Assembly (NCBI GenBank): GCA_016699915.1
Contig: CP064990.1
Location: 256,671 to 320,670, forward strand
Source of the DNA: Neisseriales bacterium
Lineage (GTDB): Bacteria > Pseudomonadota > Gammaproteobacteria > Burkholderiales > Q3-R57-64
Length of the DNA stretch: 64,000 nt
Reading direction: 5' to 3'
The position numbers and the translations under genes are program-made. Shown here piece after piece: positions 63,005 through 64,000 of the stretch. The notes below the pieces were generated by a model. That model worked only from the letters and a program-made list of their open reading frames with translations, ran no database searches and was not told the DNA's origin. Positions within the stretch are counted from its first letter, which is position 1. Each line of letters starts with the position of its first letter.

Positions 63005-64000
63005 TCACAGGCTGTAGTACATTTCAAACTCAATAGGATGTGTAATGGTACGCAGCAAGTTTACTTCATCAGTTTTAACTTTGATATAAGCATCAATAAA
63101 GTCTTGACTAAATACGCCACCTTGTAATAAGAAAGCGTGATCCTCAGCCAGTGCACCCAGTGCTTCTTCCAACGAGGCGCATACTGTTGGGATCTGTTTA
63201 TTTTCCTCAGCGGTAAGCGTATAAAGATTCTTGCTTGTTGCTGCACCGGGATGAATTTTTTGTTTAATGCCATCCAGCCCTGCCAATAGCAAAGCGGCAA
63301 AACACAAATAAGGATTTGATAACGCATCTGGAAAACGCACTTCTACACGACACGCGCTGGAATTTGTTGCATAGGGAATGCGAATAGCAGCTGAACGGTT
63401 AGAAGGTGCGTAAGCTAACTTAACAGGGGCTTCGTAATGTGGCACAAGACGCTTATAAGAATTGGTGCCCGGATTGGTGATAGCATTAAGTGCTCTAGCA
63501 TGCTTAATAATACCACCGATATAGTAAAGTGCAATATCTGACAAACCGCCCGGTTGATCGCTTGCAAACAAATTTTGCCCTTTTTTCCATAGCGATTGAT
63601 GAATATGCATCCCAGAGCCATTATCTCCTACAATTGGCTTGGGCATAAATGTAGCGGTTTTGCCGTAGTGATGCGCAACGTTACGCACGATATACTTGGA
63701 AATTTGCGTCCAATCGGCGCGCTCTGTCAGAGTCGAGAATCGGCTAGCGACCTCACTTTGCCCGGCAGTACCCACCTCGTGATGATGGACTTCAGCATGA
63801 ATGCCCATTTCCTCCATCGCTAACAAAATCGCAGAGCGAAGATCATGGCCACTATCCACAGGTGGCATTGCATAGTAGCCCCTTTAACATTGGGGCGATG
63901 CCCCGTATTGGCGCCTTCGTAAGATTTTCCAGAAGACCATGCAGCCTCTTCCGATTCGATTTTAACAAACGTACCCGACATATCGGTTTTCCAAGTCACG
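63005..64000 (-). pseudogene. glnA: glutamine synthetase type I with an apparent 1-nt frameshift in a C4 run (63879-63882); N-terminal part continues beyond the window edge
   Basis: The C-terminal 287 aa carry GS-I signatures: '[12 protein letters not shown]', '[16 protein letters not shown]', 'NSYKRLVP' and the adenylylation-site context 'KNLYTL'. Upstream (63883-64000, a different frame) reads '..[40 protein letters not shown]'. The two join as 'GHRPNVKG|GYYAMPPVD' only if the G4 run (minus strand) were G5. Confidence 0.8.

Overview
This 64 kb window is an AT-rich (about 40% GC by eye, not computed) stretch of proteobacterial core chromosome. Gene order and protein signatures look betaproteobacterial; that is an inference. 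Almost all of it is tightly packed housekeeping genes. In order: bioC-like/nadD; grpE-dnaK; ribF-ileS-lspA-ispH; ybiT; dapA; rdgB-hemW; ftsY-ftsE-ftsX-rpoH; an HtrA protease, nth and mutY. Then lnt-ybeY; gmk; polA; thrB; sodB; ubiG; the dcw cluster mraZ-rsmH-ftsL-ftsI-murE-murF-mraY-murD-ftsW-murG-murC; ruvB; fba-pgk-gap-tkt; mrcA; rfbD; rsmE; glnA. I found no tRNA, complete rRNA gene, CRISPR array, IS element, prophage or recognisable defence or toxin island, and nothing I can defend as a novel multi-gene system. What does stand out is a set of independent erosion or rearrangement signatures. (1) A ~150-nt orphan fragment of 23S rRNA (A-loop to sarcin-ricin loop) lies at 2517-2669, between two orphan ORFs and a half-length MFS transporter gene. 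(2) The dcw cluster stops at murC. The ~690 bp where ddl should be has no long ORF but holds four collinear Ddl-like peptide blocks in shifting frames, and ftsQ/ftsA/ftsZ are absent from the locus. (3) tcdA carries a single in-frame TAG. (4) glnA is frameshifted in a C4 run. (5) Several intergenic spacers are unusually long and AT-rich. Regulatory elements visible in the sequence include a four-repeat MraZ-type operator over a sigma70-like promoter upstream of mraZ, a sigma32-like promoter for grpE-dnaK inside the 3' end of ispH, and a few intrinsic terminators. Glycan-related genes (a PglL/WaaL-like ligase, a PglC/PglE-like pair, and a lone rfbD) are scattered among the housekeeping genes.
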